From Octopus bimaculoides (lineage: Eukaryota): 64,000 bases of DNA. The translations under genes were made by a program, and so were the position numbers. The DNA lies in assembly GCF_001194135.2 (NCBI RefSeq), contig NC_068993.1, forward strand, positions 16,462,942 through 16,526,941. The letters are read 5' to 3'. Position 1 is the stretch's first letter. Each line of letters begins with the position of its first letter. Positions 11,106 through 24,164 of the stretch are shown piece after piece. The notes below the pieces were generated by a model. It was not told the origin of the DNA, searched no databases, and worked only from the letters and a program-made list of their open reading frames with translations.

Positions 11106-11788
11106 ATTAATAACATAAGAGTACTTATTTGCAGATGTAGTTTCTGGCATCGTGTATTTTTAGAGAATGAAACCAAAACAATTTTCTCTCTCTTTCTCTT
11201 TCTGTCCATCTCCCCTTTGTCTCCCTTTCATTATTGTATTGTCTCTTGTTTGTTAGGGCAAATCTTATAATGGACGTACTTTATGGAGTAGGGTAGCTTT
11301 TAATTTTCAAGTCATAACATGTCTAGCAGACCAACTTTTCAATCAGTCACATCAAAGATTGCTAATGCACCTGTGTAGCACCTGGTTAAAATACTCGTTA
11401 TAAATAGAATGGAAAGAGAGGAGAACAATATCTTTCCTAGGTCCTAAGTTACTTTTTTTTCTCTCTTGGATGGATATAATTAATGAACAAATAATTAGCT
11501 GTGTGATTAAAAGTTCACTTCACAACAGAATAGTTCCAGGTTAGTACCCATCATACAATTTATTGAGCCAGTGTATTTTATATAGCATATAAGAGAGAAT
11601 TTAATAGACGAAAACTGTGTGGAAACCCATCAAATAGATTGAGTGCAGATGGCCTGATGGCTAGGGTAGCAAGTATTTAATTGAGAATTTGACAGTTCAT
11701 GCTCTGTATACCATATTGTGTCAGTGGCTGTGACACCTAATTCTCACAAGGCCTCGTGTTTACATAACTGTAAATAGGCTTTACTTAC

Positions 11789-12163
11789 TTTTGTAGGAAA
11801 TAAATCGAACTCCAGAGAAAAGCAATGACAAGCCTCCTCTTATGTAAAAGCTTTGTAGATATGGACACTCCATCAAGGCCACTGGAAGTCAGATTTGTCT
11901 TAGCAGTTCTATCCTTCTGGTTAAATTGATTGTGGCTTTTTACAAGTATTTGTTTTTTTGAACTTGAATTTTTAATGCAGCTTTGACTCATGCTCATAAC
12001 TGTTTCGCTTATGTTGCTAAAAACCCTAAAAGTGGTTTTAACAATTTTTTTATGTTTAGACAACAGACAAAGGATAGCATTCCATCCATAACCTTTTTTT
12101 ACAGAGCCTCTGTGGCTAGTAGGAGTCGGAGACCTGTCAACAGAGCTTGATATTGGGCATAAT
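11789..12163 (-). CDS. Candidate 375-nt internal coding exon of an unidentified gene
   Basis: Longest non-repeat ORF. Acceptor tttcaacttgtttag, canonical donor AA/gtaagt that supplies the ORF stop, length divisible by 3 (phase 2-2). Protein not recognised. Confidence 0.4.
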
Positions 12164-12877
12164 CTAAACAAGTTGAAATTTAGTGCCAACAACATTTCAT
12201 AGAGGAATTAAGATAATTAAATGGTATACATATTTTGAATATCTTGTGAAAGCTTTTAATGTGAATTTTTAATAAGGTGCCTTCATGCATTGAAGAGCTT
12301 AAGGCCTCATCATCATCCAGTTGTGCTTATTGCATGGACCACTGTGACTCTTTCTCTCCAATCTGTCCAGTCTGCCAGTGCATATGGTAGGTTTTAAGAA
12401 GACCTTCAGGCCTTACTAAGTCAGATTTTGACATTTCCTTGCAGGAATGCACTTAAGGAACAAGTGGTAATGTTAACCAGGTGATGGATCAAGTCTACTA
12501 CCCAAGAATAGGTACACCCCATTTGACAGTTTGCCATATAGTTTCTATCTATCCAGTTTCACTCAGAAGGTTTGGGCAGTTGGCTCGAGACTAAACTGAC
12601 AACAACTTCTTGAAATCACTCAGGTTATTAATGATAAACATAAATACATACATACATATTATACAACTCAACAAGTATTTTGCTTGGGACTATAGAAGAA
12701 AACGCTTACCCAAGGTGTTGGACAGTGTGAAATTGAACTCAAATTCATGGGGTGATATTCTTAGCCATACAGCTATATCTAATCAGCAGAAATTACAAAT
12801 TGACTGAAGGGCTGATAGTTTCTTGCATTGGCACCAATTTGTATTACCAGGCCTATATATATATATATATATATGTC

Positions 12878-13074
12878 TTTTAACTTTTACTTGTTTCAGT
12901 TGTTTGACTGTGGCCATGGTGGGGCACTATCTTGAAGAGGTTTAGTTGAACAAATCAACCCCAGGATTTTTTTAAAGCCTGGTACTTATTCTAATGGTCT
13001 CTTTTACCGAACCACTATGTCACAGGGATGTAAACACACCAACATCAGTTGTCAAGCAGTGGTGGGGAACAAAG

Positions 13075-13135
<61 letters not shown>

Positions 13136-13300
13136 AAATGAGCTTCTTTCAGTTTCCATCTACCAAATCCACTCACAAGGCTTTGGTCAGCCCAAGGCTA
13201 TAGAAGAAGACACTTGCCCAAGGTGTTACACAGTGGGACTGAACCTGGAACCATGTTGTTGGGAAGCAAGCTTCTTACCATAAAGTCATGCATGTTCCAT
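12878..13300 (-). mobile_element. SINE family A, near full length with internal (CA)n
   Basis: Full head-to-tail reverse-complement match to 26146-26507. Confidence 0.9.
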
Positions 13301-13324
13301 ATAGTTTTTTCCTTTTTTCACTAC

Positions 13325-13360
<36 letters not shown>

Positions 13361-13500
13361 TAATAACTGACATTTATCTATCATACTTGCCTGAAAATAA
13401 ATGTTCATTGATTAATTTAGTGCTGTCCTATATAAACATTTAGATCAATCTTACAATTAAAAAAAATAATAGATACACATTAAAAATATTTTTATCTTTA

Positions 13501-13533
<33 letters not shown>

Positions 13534-14479
13534 CTTGTTTTGTATATTAAGTGTAGTTAAAATTTAAGAAGTAAAATCAACATTGTTCTAGTTTTAAAGT
13601 TTGTTTTTCTTTTGCACTTTTGTTTCCATTTTTATATAGACACATGATTGCATTCATGCACACTGATATGCATACGTGCATATTTATACATTCATGCACA
13701 CACTCATGCATACACATGAAAACATTTATATATCATATATTTTAAAGGAAAAAAAAACAATGTTTTCTTTCATTATTTTCAAAATTGAATTTTGTTTGAT
13801 TTATCAACATCATGCCAAAAATGAACTAAAAATTGATATATATATTACATATATTTCATATACTGTTAACCTGTGTCCACTCTATCATATTTATCTGATA
13901 TATTTTGATGATTTCAAGAAATTAGATCTGACCTTTCTCTAGAAATATAGTTAGTTCTAGTATGTAAAAAAAAAACGAAAACAAAACAAACAACTCTTAA
14001 ATCAGACCACAAAAATATTTTATTTTTTACCTTCAATTCAAGAATTGTATAGCTAGACAGTTTTTATTATTATCGTTGCATTTCTTTTTATTTACGTAAT
14101 AAAGCAAAAACAGAATTAAAATGGAAAATATATAAAAAAAGAATATTCTTGTAAAACTTTTGAAGAATTTTGAAGATCAATAGAAACTTAGATCCGATTT
14201 CTGCTAGATGATGTAGAGTGTTTGTGTTTGTGAAATAAACATAGATATATGTTGGTAGGATCGAAATGTAATAAAATAGAATAGTTTTCCTTTTGTGGAA
14301 TAATAGAACAGATATATGTTGAAATTAGACTAGTTTGTAGTAACATAAACAAGGATAATGAAGTATGTTTGGTAACTGATATCAGCTGCATAGAAAAAAA
14401 ACTCCTTTGAAATTGGTGCACGAGGTTTGGTAGAGACATGCAATATGCCTTCCTATTGGTACAGAACTGCTGTTACACA

Positions 14480-14544
<65 letters not shown>
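14480..14544. repeat. (CA)n microsatellite
   Basis: Direct reading. Confidence 0.98.
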
Positions 14545-14545
<1 letters not shown>

Positions 14546-14599
14546 TGTAGATAACATTGAAAAGAAAGCCATTTGACTGATTGGCAAATATTCACTCAC

Positions 14600-14960
14600 C
14601 AATACACTATATAATCTCTGGTCCGCAGATGCCCTTCTCTCTCTCTCCTCACGCTTTGTAATCTATCACTACTGCAATGGTGTCCGTTCCTTTGAATTAG
14701 CTAATTGTATACCACTTCCAACCCGACCATACCAGTACACTTGTCTCTTCTACTCAAATGGCCCCCCCACCTCCCCTGCTACCTCTCTTGGGTTCTATAG
14801 TAACCACTTTGTTCAGTTCTCCCTTGTCATTTCGGAATGTTAACCCTCCTGAAATTCCATCCCTACTCGGAAATACCCTATGGATATTGACTTAATGATG
14901 CCCAAGCTGGACATAAACTATATTGATTTCACCATTCTTGGTAGACTTGGGAAGGTTACA
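14600..14960 (+). mobile_element. CR1/L2-like LINE 3' fragment
   Basis: Translation IYHYCNGVRSFELANCIPLP resembles the FYRYYxGxCSSELAxxxP motif of CR1-type ORF2 C-termini (recalled, not searched). Confidence 0.55.
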
Positions 14961-15324
14961 GTTACAACCCCTCCATTTGAATTAAATCATTAAAAAAAAA
15001 ACAAAAGCAAACCAAACTTTACCATATTTACCCTAGTTTTAGAATAGATACACCATGTTACTGCATAGCAAAAGAGATGGCTAAAAGGGCTGATTATAGG
15101 AAGTGCATCTAAGTGTAAAACTATCTCAGCAAACAAGTTCAACTCATGCCAGCATGGAAAAGCAGGCATAACAAAATGATTATGTTCATAAGATGCTGAC
15201 AATGACATGTTTTGGATATTTGTTGGGAGTTGTTTGCATAACATGGAAGGGGTACATTTTGTCAATCAGATAGCATAAACACCAGTAATATACTGGAATA
15301 AATGATAAATCAATAATAAATGCA

Positions 15325-15560
15325 TCATCATTTTAATGCCGACTTTTCCATGCTTGCATGGGTTGGAGTTTGATACAGATTTTATGTGGCCGGATGCCCT
15401 TCTTGAACCAAACCTCACCTATTTCCAAGCAAAGTAGTATTTTCCTGTGACAAGATATGTTTTTGCAGAATATCAGAAATGAACAACTCCTCTTGTATAA
15501 CAGTAACAATCATTTTAGAACTGTCACATGATGTAAAAACAAGGAGATATAAACATAAAT
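15325..15560 (-). mobile_element. RTE-derived 3'-tail element (family D variant)
   Basis: catcatcattttaatgccgacttttccatgcttgcatgggttgg...ggccggatgcccttc. Confidence 0.75.
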
Positions 15561-15734
15561 AGACTCACACATACACACACGTATGCATGTACGGTAGGCT
15601 TCTTTCAGTTTCTGTCTATCAAATACACTCAGAAGGCTGAGTTATTTAAGTTATAATCTACAGCATTAATGTTTCTTATCTAGTCAATATTGCTACACTT
15701 AGTGTCTCTAACTAAGACATGTAACTATCCTAGG

Positions 15735-16178
15735 GTTGAGGTGCAATGGCCCAGTGGTTAGGGCAGTGGACTTGCGGTCATAGGATCGCGGTTTTGATTC
15801 CCAGACCAAGCGTTGTGAATGTTTATTGAGCTAAAACGCCTAAAGCCCCACGAGGCTCCGGCAGGGGATGGTGGTGAACCCTACTGTACTCTTCCACCAC
15901 AACTTTCTCTCACTCTTACTTCCTGTTTCTGTTGTGCTTGTAATTCAAAGGGTCAGCCTTGTCACACTGTGTCACTCTGAATATCTCCAAGAACTACGTT
16001 AAGGGTACACNNNNNNNNNNGTCACACTGTGTCACTCTGAATATCTCCAAGAACTACGTTAAGGGTACACGTGTCTGTGGAGTGCTCAGCCACTTGCACG
16101 TTAATTTCACGAGCAGGCTGTTCCGTTGATCGGATCAACTGGAACCCTCGACGTCGTAAGCGACTGAGTGCCAACAAC
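15735..16178 (+). mobile_element. SINE family C, full length, with 12-bp TSD
   Basis: A box tggcccagtggtt, B-box-like ggttttgattcc; TSD aactatcctagg at 15723-15734 and 16179-16190; reversed copy at 23690-24058. Confidence 0.92.
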
Positions 16179-16325
16179 AACTATCCTAGGCTCTGTTCAA
16201 TAGCTGTAGATAACTACCATGAGGAGGCACAGCTGCTAGTTAGTAACACTCAGCCCAAAAGAAATCTTTAGATGGATCAAAATTTATCGTAGCTTGATTT
16301 ATTACTAACCATTTCTACAATATAG

Positions 16326-16409
16326 TGGATGAGATGGCTGTTATCTTGGATAGGTCTTTTAGAAATCAAAACAAGGCTGTGTTGAGCTGCAACATGAGTC
16401 TATATCTTG
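16326..16409 (+). CDS. Possible 84-nt exon (VDEMAVILDRSFRNQNKAVLSCNMSLYL)
   Basis: Exact TACTAAC branch-point motif at 16303-16309, then AG; donor G/gtgagc; phase 1-1. Competes with a hAT-relic reading on the other strand. Confidence 0.12.
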
Positions 16410-16759
16410 GTGAGCAGTTTGGTCAAGATTCTTCATTCAGTAGAGCTGTAAGCTTGAAATTAACAATGATGTCCTATTTGTTTATGTCAGTCTTCAGCTG
16501 TACCATCCGTTCCTTGATTAACACAACTAGGAATACACTTGGTCTGCTGCTAGTTATGTGAGACATACTTTCAGCAAAATCTATCTCAAATATTCTCATC
16601 AATTTGTTGGAATGAGAAGGAAACTATAAGCTGTAAGTATTGTTATCAGCAATCAAATCAAAGACAGTACTCATGGTGATGATGATTAGTTGATTAATTT
16701 AACGAGTACTGGCTGTGGATTTCAGAGAACAAATATTATAGCATAAATATGATATACTA

Positions 16760-17075
16760 TGTTCTCACACACTGTATATGTTTGTGTGTATGAGTATGTA
16801 TTTGTGTGTATATATATATTTGTATGTGTATATATGTGTGTGTGCATTTATTATATATGTATAAAATATATATATATATATATGCATGTGCGCATTTCTT
16901 TGTGTATATATGTGTATGTGCATCTCTCTCTATATATATATGCATGTGTGCATTTCTTTGTATGCATCTATCTGTATGCACATGTGTGGGTGTATGTACA
17001 TATATATAAATGCATGTGTGCATTTGTGTTTGTATATATATACATACATACATACATACATACATACACACACAT
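16760..17075. repeat. Compound (TA)/(TG)/(TACA) microsatellite
   Basis: Direct reading; explains four supplied ORFs. Confidence 0.95.
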
Positions 17076-17789
17076 TCCATAATATTTCACTATTTTATTT
17101 TATATAAGTGTGATAATGTTAAACATCAAAAGTCTTAATTTCTACTTGACCTTTCAATAATGAATGGCATCCTTAACAAAGTATGTATATTCATATGGTC
17201 ACCTAACCTGCTTGAAATAGCAGTTAGTTAGATCTCCCTCAAATCTACTCCTTCCATCTGGAAAAAATAAAATAAGAATAAAATAAAAGCTCCATTGGAT
17301 AATATATTCTGATATACAAAATACAGGATGGTCATGGTTGGAATAACTTTGGTCTAGTCATTACTGCTACACTTAGCATCTCTGTCTTAAGCATGGAGTT
17401 GTCTTTGACTCTGTTCAATAGCTGTAGATAGGTACCATGAGAAGGTACAGCTGCTAGTTAATGTTAGTCAACCTTGCTTGATCAGGTTGACCTGTGGTTA
17501 AACAATAAGCAATTACCTCTGTTGCCATGTAAGGATGGACAAGATGGAAGTTGTGGTACTCATACTTTTCCAAAGGCATTAATGATGTAAGAGAAGTGAG
17601 GTGGTTTCACATAGAAACAGATAATATAGTGGAGACCAGGCACTGTGAGCAGTCTTTGTTACCATATAGCCATTGTCTTGCTCCACCATGTATGTCATAT
17701 GTTACTGACATTAACAATAAAACCATACTAGATAATGCCATAGCATTTTGTACTATGCTGAATTATCATATTATTGAATAAATAAACCA

Positions 17790-18130
17790 TCATGGCTATC
17801 ATGTCATTATCACCATTGTCATGTGATCATTGCCATCATCACCACCACCACTACCATCATCACTGTCATCATCATCCCCATCATATTATTATCAATTGTC
17901 CGTCATCATTATTACCATCATCATCATCATCATAGCTATCATCACTATTATTACCATCTTTATCACCACCACCACCAACAGCAACAAACTAATATGATCA
18001 ACGTCATTGCCATTATCATTATTGCACCACCACCACCACCATCAGTATTACCACCGCCATCATCACCATTGTATCTTTAACACTACAATAATAGTCATCA
18101 TCATTACCATTTCCCTTCTTATAATCATCA
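17790..18130. repeat. (CAT)/(CAC)n trinucleotide low-complexity tract
   Basis: Direct reading. Confidence 0.92.
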
Positions 18131-18627
18131 GGAACAGGATTATTCATGACAATACTTAGTGCATCGCTCTATATTCTGAGAGATAATATCCCTACTTAAA
18201 CATTGTTCTGTCAGAACAAACTATACTGCAGTAGATACCATGAGAGAAACTCTCCTATTGGCATTTTGGTGTAAAATGCATGCTTGTTTAGATTACTAGT
18301 GGAGGGGGGGGCAATAAATCACCTCTGTCACTGAGATCACCAGATCATGTGATTTCGACCTTCCTTGGTCCTGTCAATGATGGATGCTCGACTGCTAGAG
18401 ACAGCAGTAACTTATCTCTCTGCCAGTGGTATATAGAATAACTGGCCTGTCTAAAATATGCTGAGAGCAACTAAACGATTCTGCATGTACTTATTCAGTG
18501 GTTAAGCAGTTCTGACTTATGGAATTATGTGAAACTGTTTTGTAAGATAGATCTGATTATCATCTGAGTCTTTCATGAGAATTGCTCTGCTGCTGCCTTC
18601 TGGTTAAGGGAAGCAGGCAATTTTCAC

Positions 18628-18781
18628 CTGTCCTCTTAGTGTAGTGATTGACATTGCATGTGAACAACTTGGAAAGTATTGAGGACAGACATTTTTCTCT
18701 TTATCCAAGCCCACATCAACTTCAGGTTCCATTTGGAGAAGAAAGTGAAAGAAATGATGGTGTTGCCTTACAGCAAATATC
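18628..18781 (-). CDS. Candidate 154-nt exon (IFAVRQ...MEPEVDVGLDKEKNVCPQ...TTLRGQ)
   Basis: Strong acceptor ccattcttatcactctttatctttcag; donor CAG/gtgaaa; one open frame. Confidence 0.2.
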
Positions 18782-19119
18782 CTGAAAGATAAAGAGTGAT
18801 AAGAATGGCTACCACGAACAATCCTTCTCTCAGCATACATCTGTAGGCCACATGATGCAGCTAAGAAAAGCACTTGCCTTCAGTATTCGGATTAATCATA
18901 GATCTATGGGATTTCTTGATAAGCTGAAGATGGCTGTTCCTCTGTTGGCATGTTTCATGTAATTCCTTTTGTATTCTATTGTTTTCCATTCCTATTTTCT
19001 CATCATTGATTCTGTGAAAACCTCTGCTACTATTATTATTATTATTATTATTATAAAATAATCACCCTTGTTATATTTGTTTAGGGTTCATTCTTTTTCT
19101 AACTTCACATTTCACCAAT

Positions 19120-19240
19120 GTCAACTTCACCTCTCATCCTTTCAGAGTTGATAAACTAAGGTACCAATCTAATACTGGAGTTGAGTTAATTAACTAAACC
19201 CTCTTCCAAAATGTACTACTTTGTAACAATGTTGGACATC
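19120..19240 (+). mobile_element. SINE family B fragment
   Basis: gtcaacttcacctctcatcctttcagagttgataaactaaggtacc. Confidence 0.55.
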
Positions 19241-20709
19241 TTTATATTATTGCAAGAGCTGCAGACAGTAGAAATGATTGAACATTGGACAAAGGCCTTT
19301 CAGTGTTTAGCAATATCTTTAGTGGAATTTCGAGATTGTTGGCTATCATATAAAGAGTGTCTAGATTCTTAAAGAATTTTCAGAAAAGTGACATTTTCAT
19401 TCTGTTGGAAAGGCAATATAAATATTTATGTCATGACTAATTTGATATAGGGAGAAAAGCTTTAAGTTTCATGTCTGCAGTGTTGATTACAAAAATAAGT
19501 GATGCCTAAATAATTATAGATATACTTTGCATTCAAAGGTAATCACATAAAACATTTTTCACACACTTACACAAACACACACACACATACACACACACAT
19601 ATTTTTACAACTATACACACTTATATATGTAGATGCACATATATGGATGCATGATCACAAACACACACATGCACACACATTCACATTCATGCAAACTTAT
19701 TCATAGTCATATACACATATATACCCATACATTTATGTAGACATGCTCATGAACACATATACCCACATATGTACACTTGCATACATAAACTCTTGATTGC
19801 ATGCTCATTTACTCACATTTACACACACAGACACACAAACACATACATATACTCATAAATACTTGCACTCACTCACACACAAATATGCACATACTCTCTT
19901 TATTCATGAGGTCCTTTAATTCTCACTTTCTCAAGTGCAATTAAACATTGGGCCATAAGTGCTAACTCAATGGTTTCTCAAGTGCAGGATATTAATTCAG
20001 TGTACACAGGACTGAAATATATATATATTTCAATGATTGTTTCCTCCAGCAAAATCCATTGTCATGATGCCAACAGTTTCACCATAACTAACTCTAGCGT
20101 TGGTTTACATAACTCATGAGTGGGAGGTTTGTTTTTAATTTGGTATTGGCATTCTGCTAGATGGGTTTCTTGCCAACATCAAATGAGTCCTACTTAACTA
20201 CCTGTATACCTGGAAATTGTAGGTTTTACAGTCTGTATCTGGAAGATATTTGACAGAAAACAGATTATCTGCCTCCCTTTGTATGTATACACACACACAT
20301 CGTGCGTGCATGCATGGAAGTGCACACATGCACATATATAGACATACACATAGTAAAGTTGATAGAAGTTATCACTAGGTGGTTGATCAACCTGTTAGAA
20401 ACAACAGCCAAATTACTATTAAATTGCAATCTAATCTACTATCTTTACAAAAAAGAAAAAGAAAAGACACATTAGATAAAGTAGCTCTAAAGACAAAATA
20501 TCTGAAAATATGATGAGCTGGCCATAACTGGAGAGTCTATGATAATTACAGGCAACATGAAACCAGTGAGATTTATGTGTTTAATGTTACTTTTGAAAAG
20601 TTGCAAGTCAGCAGCTGTGAATAGAACATGGATAAGGAAGGAATTAGATTTTTGCATGGAAATGCTTGCCAGGCATATTTTGCTCTCATTTCTCTTGCTT
20701 GCAAAACAA

Positions 20710-20751
<42 letters not shown>

Positions 20752-22573
20752 GCGCACACACACACACGCACACATGGTGGCAATGGATCTTCAAATGTCT
20801 AGCATTCCACTGCACATGTACCCTTAATATAAATCTTAGGCAGAATCAGCATGATAGAATGTGTGTAACAAGGTTGTAACGTTTTAATTACATGTACACT
20901 TCACTCTCTATGCTTTTAAACAGTTTCCATCATCTTGATTTCACTCTCAGTGTATGGGTCAACCTGTGGCTATAGAAAATGACATTTTCCCAAGATGCCA
21001 TTCAGTGACATTGAACCCAGGCCCTTATCGTAACAAAGCAAACATTTTAGACATTTAGTCAAATTGTGTTTACTATATATCTATGTATATAAAACAGCGT
21101 TTGTGTGTCTGTGTGTGGTGCATATATTATTCCTTAAGGATTCGAAAACTGAGTTGCTAGTTTTGACATATGAGGTATCAAAAGATTCAGTAATCTTTTG
21201 GCTACCAAATGGAGTATGTTTTTTGCATAACAACTCTTTTTTATTACAAAATAACCTCGAAAACAAGGTCGGGTCGCACAATTTTGAGGTCATTTGGGGA
21301 CAATATTTGGATTTGCTTATAATCTATGTTGCCAATTCTAATGTTTTTGGTGTCAAAAAATGCAGTAATGTACAAAGTGTGTTATGAGTGTATTTGTGAT
21401 ACACAAAACCTTATTTGTCAACAGAAAATGACCAAAAAACATGCATTTTGGAACAATTATTGGCATATTTTCCGTCAATAATGGCTTTGTGCCACAACTA
21501 AACTGCCAACGTGAACGTCTTCCGTATTTCATGATTAAACAATGTCTTTGAAGTATTGTGATACCATTTCTTTGCACAAATCCTTATTTTTCAACAGAAA
21601 ATTGACTAATGAACCATGTATCTGGCATAATTGTGATCGCTTCTGGCATTACTACTGCAAACAATTTTTTCATGTAGATTTTCTTGGTAGCAAATGACTC
21701 AGGAATGCCAAACAAGTGTTCTCAGGTTTAAATTCAATAAAATTTCCCTAAGTATTAAGCAGGGTAAGAGCCTATATTCATTCAAGTGTGGTAAAGACAT
21801 GGAGCAATGACTAAAATCTTTCAAGCTTTTTTGCATTTAACATTTTTCTCTTTATTCAACCCAATTTATGCAAAGTTGCTTATCGTTATTAGTATATATT
21901 CATGCCTATTATTCATTCCATCAGCTGCAAAGTTCACAAGGATTTTACTACAGTCTCCCTATTTTTCACAGTGGTTGAGCATCTACTATAATGTGTGTGG
22001 TGTGATGGAAAACAAATGTCTGACCTGATAACCTAAGTGAAGATAACAACAACGCTGTGAATCTATGTGAGGGCAAATTAAGGTAACATACACATAAGTC
22101 CGCCCACAGGGCGGGTCTCTTCATTGCTTGTGATGCACAGTGTTTACTGATTGGTACGATTTCAATATTGTTATCAACGACCCAGGCAATGGTGGAGTGC
22201 ATTGTATGTAGTGCGTATGTTCTGCTTGAACTTGAAAATTGAGTGTATATATATATATATATATATATGTGCAACAAATTTATAATCTAAAGGCTAACTC
22301 CGTGAGTAAATTAAAAACATTCTGGGTCGAATCCAGACCTGGAATCCTCAAATTTTGAATTTCTACGTTTTCATTACTGCAATTTTTTTTACATGATTTT
22401 TGTAACAAATATATTCATCATTGGGATATGACTCTGGAGGAAGCAATTGCAACAAATTCTCCAAAACAAATCAGAGATCTGTTTGCAGATCTTCCCATTC
22501 AGGGTCAGTTTCTTAAAAGTTATATATAGCTTAAAAGCTGCCTGATTGGCTGGCTAGGGTGGCTTTTAAGCTA

Positions 22574-22609
<36 letters not shown>

Positions 22610-22926
22610 TATGTGTATGTATATGTACATATATATGTGTGTATGCCTGTTTTTTATTTCTGACTTACAGCCAACTACCCTATTATTTATATTCTGATTT
22701 CCGTAAATTTGCTATGTATCTCTCTCTTGCTCTGCTCTATCATCTCATTTATATTCTGATCCCTGTTCCTTGTGAGTATGCCCTGGTGCTAAGCCACCAT
22801 CTTTCTCCTGTTCTCTCTTGCACTCTCACTCTCCTCCTCTCTCTTTCTCTTGCTCTCTCCTTCTGACTGTGTAACCATGTATCTCCTCTACATCAACACA
22901 CCTGTTTCTGTCCTCATTCTCGATCA

Positions 22927-23112
22927 CTCTCTCTCTCCTCTCTCTGTCCTCTCTCTCTCCTCTCTCTGTCCTCTCTCTCTCCTCTCTCTGTCCTCTCTCT
23001 CTCCTCTCTCTGTCCTCTCTCTCTCCTCTCTCTGTCCTCTCTCTCTCCTCTCTCTGTCCTCTCTCTCTCCTCTCTCTGTCCTCTCTCTCTCCTCTCTCTG
23101 TCCTCTCTCTCT
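22927..23112. repeat. 22-bp pyrimidine minisatellite, about 8 units
   Basis: Unit ctctctctctcctctctctgtc repeated perfectly. Confidence 0.95.
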
Positions 23113-23264
23113 TTGACCAGGTAACCATGTGTCTCTTCAAGACCTCTGTTTTTGTCATTCTGTTACACACTAAACTTTCATCACCTGACACAAGATCACC
23201 TCCTCTAATGCTCCCTCTCCTCTCAAAGGATCTTTGTTTTGCAAGTTACTTGATGATCCTGTCA

Positions 23265-23540
23265 GTGCTGATGCCACTTTAAAAAGCATCCAGTGGCTGG
23301 CATTTGGAAGGGCATTCAGCTGTAAAAATCAAAACTGACCTCACCTGTTCTGGTGCCCCGCAAAAAACACTCAGTCCACTCTGTGGTGTGGTTGGTGTTT
23401 TGAAGGGCATCCAACTGTAAAAACCATGCCAAAACAGACACTGAAGCCTGCTGCAGTCTTCTGCCTAGCCAGCTGCTATCAAACCATCCGACCCATACCA
23501 GCATGGAAAGCAGATGTTAAATGATGATGATGCTGCTGAT
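23265..23540 (+). mobile_element. RTE-derived 3'-tail element (family D)
   Basis: Duplicated gaagggcatccaactgtaaaa block and gatgttaaatgatgatgatg tail. Confidence 0.8.
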
Positions 23541-23689
23541 ATATATTTTCAGTTTGTTGTCCATAAGTCAGAAATAAAAGCATATTCAATATAAGTTATA
23601 GATCAGATACATTTTTATACCATCAAGCAATATATTACTGGTTATGACTTATAAATGGTCAGAATCTTAGCTGAATATTGGCACTGGAC

Positions 23690-24058
23690 AATCGTGGTAC
23701 TCTGTTGGTTTTGATGATGAGGGTTCCAGTTGATCCGATCAATGGAAAAGCCTGCTCGTAAAATTAACGTGGAAGTGGCTGAGCACTCCACAGACAGGTA
23801 TACCCTAAAAGTAGTCCTCGGGGAGATTCAGTGTGACACAGTGTGACAAGGCTGACCCTTTGAAATACAGGTACAACAGAAACAGGAAGAAAGAGTGATA
23901 GAAAGTTGTGGTGAAAGAGTACAGCAGGGTTTGCCACCATCCCCTGCCAGAACCTCATGCAGCTTTAGGTGTTTTTGCTTACTAAACACTCACAACGCCC
24001 GATCTGGGAATCAAAACTGCGATCCTACGACTGCAAGTCCACTGCCCTAACCACTGGG
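23690..24058 (-). mobile_element. SINE family C, full length
   Basis: Reverse-complement match to 15735-16178. Confidence 0.92.
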
Positions 24059-24164
24059 CAATATTCAGTAAGAAACCAACAGTAGCATTCTGACGAATTA
24101 AAAGTTATTTATATTTATCACCTGATACATATATCATATATATCATATATCATAAATACACATA

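Noticed and set aside
14188-14439. 83-aa minus-strand ORF
   Set aside because: Has an acceptor-like site but no usable donor before the stop and no recognisable motif.
15739-15810. tRNA-like sequences at SINE heads (also 26146, 47213, 59345-59414, 8767)
   Set aside because: A/B boxes are present but acceptor stems are not, and each runs into a repeat body; not functional tRNA genes.
21064-21760. Possible DNA-transposon terminus (ttaaggattcg...)
   Set aside because: No matching opposite TIR or second copy in the window.
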